Source: Eledone cirrhosa
Lineage: Eukaryota
Assembly: GCA_964016885.1 (NCBI GenBank)
Contig: OZ024742.1
Coordinates: 92,814,001 to 92,878,000, forward strand
Reading direction: 5' to 3'
Length of the DNA: 64,000 bases
The notes beneath the pieces are model-generated. The model saw nothing but the letters and a program-made list of their open reading frames with translations. It did no database searches and was not told the origin of the DNA. Position 1 is the stretch's first letter; every line of letters begins with the position of its first letter. Position numbers and translations under genes: made by a program. Below, piece by piece: positions 63,957 through 64,000 of the stretch.

Positions 63957-64000
<44 letters not shown>

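Larger units (their letters stand above)
62709..63960. repeat. ~497-bp tandem/inverted repeat carrying hammerhead ribozymes (copies 62709-63145 minus, 63206-63408 minus and truncated, ~63454-63878 plus, fragment 63920-63960)
   Basis: Direct-repeat offset of 497 bp. The third copy is the reverse complement. Units are separated by (TA)n except at the inversion junction. Confidence 0.95.

Noticed and set aside
62771-63957. Repeated short ORFs (MFVCKQTEQPEF..., MRNEISFSF...)
   Set aside because: They recur only because the unit is repeated. No domain is recognisable, and the RNA structure explains the sequence better.

Overview
AT-rich, repeat-saturated animal genomic DNA. The repeat landscape (CORE-type tRNA SINEs with RTE tails, (GAT)n/(TA)n microsatellites, RTE/CR1/R4/Tx1/Penelope elements) resembles a cephalopod such as Octopus, which is an inference. 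No host protein-coding gene could be identified with confidence. The long ORFs are either LINE remnants or artefacts of two large satellites: a 22-bp unit at 11.1-22.8 kb and a 40/41-bp unit at 27.1-36.0 kb. Mobile elements include a degenerate R4/Dong LINE, a CRE RLE fragment, several RTE LINEs (two with a PHD-type finger inside the RT), a near full-length Tx1/L1-like element in a head-to-tail stack, a CR1, a Penelope remnant, a non-autonomous Helitron and several MITEs. The most interesting signal is at the right end (62.7-64 kb). It is a ~497-bp tandem and inverted repeat in which each copy carries a minimal type I hammerhead ribozyme with a palindromic stem III and a long extended stem I, and the two longer copies have an upstream octamer. 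This makes it a candidate ribozyme satellite or retrozyme. A second, unrelated hammerhead lies at 58.9 kb next to the Penelope GIY-YIG remnant. All structures were folded by eye and no searches were run.
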